A stretch of 64,000 nucleotides of DNA, taken from contig NW_021834901.1 in NCBI RefSeq assembly GCF_006345805.1, forward strand, positions 1 through 64,000. The letters run 5' to 3'. Of the stretch, positions 62,801 to 64,000 are shown piece after piece. The DNA comes from Octopus sinensis. Its lineage: Eukaryota. A model generated the notes under the pieces. It was given only the letters and a program-made list of their open reading frames with translations, was not told where the DNA came from and searched no databases. The position numbers and the translations under genes were made by a program. Numbering within the stretch: position 1 is the first letter of the stretch; each line of letters opens with the position of its first letter.

Positions 62801-64000
62801 GCAACCACTAACAACTGATGCCGGCAGTTTGTTCCATGCTTGAGTGTGTATGGAGGGGAGGAAATCAGGTGTAGTTTTGGTGAATCTCAGGAAGGATGGA
62901 AGTTTTGAAGGATGCAGTGCTCAGACAATTAACAACTGATGCCGGCAGTTTGTTCCATGCTTGCGTGTGTATGGAGTGGAGGAAATCAGGTGTAGTGTTG
63001 GTGAATCTCAGGAAGAATGGAAGTTTTGAAGGATGCAGTGCTCAGACAATTAACAACTGATGCCGGCAGTTTGTTCCATGCTTGCGTGTGTATGGAGGGG
63101 AGGAAATCAGGTGTAGTGTTGGTGAATCTCAGGAAGAATGGAAGTGTTGAAGGATGCAGTGCTCAGACGATTAACAACTGATGCCGGCAGTTTGTTCCAT
63201 GTTTGCGTGTGTATGGAGGGGAGGAAATCAGGTGTAGTGTTGGTGAATCTCAGGAAGAATGGAAGTTTTGAAGGATGCAGTGCTCAGACAATTAACAACT
63301 GATGCCGGCAGTTTGTTCCATGCTTGCGTGTGTATGGAGGGGAGGAAATCAGGTGTAGTGTTGGTGAATCTCAGGAAGAATGGAAGTTTTGAAGGATGCA
63401 GTGCTCAGACAATTAACAACTGATGCCGGCAGTTTGTTCATGCTTTGTGTGTATGGAGGGGAGGAAATCAGGTGTAGTGTTGGTGAATCTCAGGAAGGAT
63501 GGAAGTTTTGAAGGATGCAGTGCTTGCAAACCACTAACAACTGATGCCGGCAGTTTGTTCCATGCTTGAGTGTGTATGGAGGGGAGGAAATCAGGTGTAG
63601 TGTTGGTGAATCTCAGGAAGAATGGAAGTTTTGAAGGATGCAGTGCTGCAACCACTAACAACTGATGCCGGCAGTTTGTTCCAAGCTTGAGTGTGTATGG
63701 AGGGGAGGAAATCAGGTGTAGTGTTGGTGAATCTCAGGAAGATGGAAGTTTTGAAGGATGCAGTACTCAGACAATTAACAACTGATGCCGGCAGTTTGTT
63801 CCATGCTTGCGTGTGTATGGAGGGGAGGAAATCAGGTGTAGTTTTGGGAATCTCAGAAGGATGGAAGTTTTGAAGGATGCAGTGCTGCAGACCACTAACA
63901 ACTGATGCCGGCAGTTTGTTCCATGCTTGAGTGTGTGGAGGGGAGGAAATCAGGTGTAGTGTTGGTGAATCTCAGGAAGAATGGAAGTTTTGAAGGATGC
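59856..64000 (-). repeat. 121-bp tandem satellite, array 2 (at least 34 units, runs off the window)
   Basis: Same unit and orientation as 10919-12832. Confidence 0.97.

Overview
AT-rich eukaryotic DNA packed with microsatellites. The SINE families and repeat content point to an octopod cephalopod (inference; no search run). No host protein-coding gene can be supported. Left half (1-35 kb): an interrupted tandem array of ~11-kb segmental duplications holding old R4/Dong-type retrotransposon fragments and SINEs, broken by an ~8-kb block (3x ~838-bp tandem, a 121-bp satellite, a decayed hAT transposase). 35-40 kb: three same-orientation (TAA)n-tailed elements nested in an (ATT)n array, including a near full-length R4/Dong-clade non-LTR retrotransposon (Myb-like N-terminus, RT, CCHC, RLE). 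40.6-48.6 kb: a (TA)n-rich zone with fold-back elements carrying at least four sequence-distinct type-I hammerhead ribozyme folds with palindromic stem III (Penelope pLTR/retrozyme style). One of them sits in a 466-nt tandem unit. Right end: an internally deleted RTE, a mariner MITE, purine-rich tracts, possible promoter/first-exon signals, and a second, longer array of the 121-bp satellite. That satellite is the amplified 3' end of a CR1-type LINE ORF2 bounded by a 7-bp microhomology, with a 7-unit higher-order period. Many single-base indels between near-identical copies suggest long-read errors, so individual frameshifts and lesions may not be real. Boundaries are approximate unless a motif is quoted.
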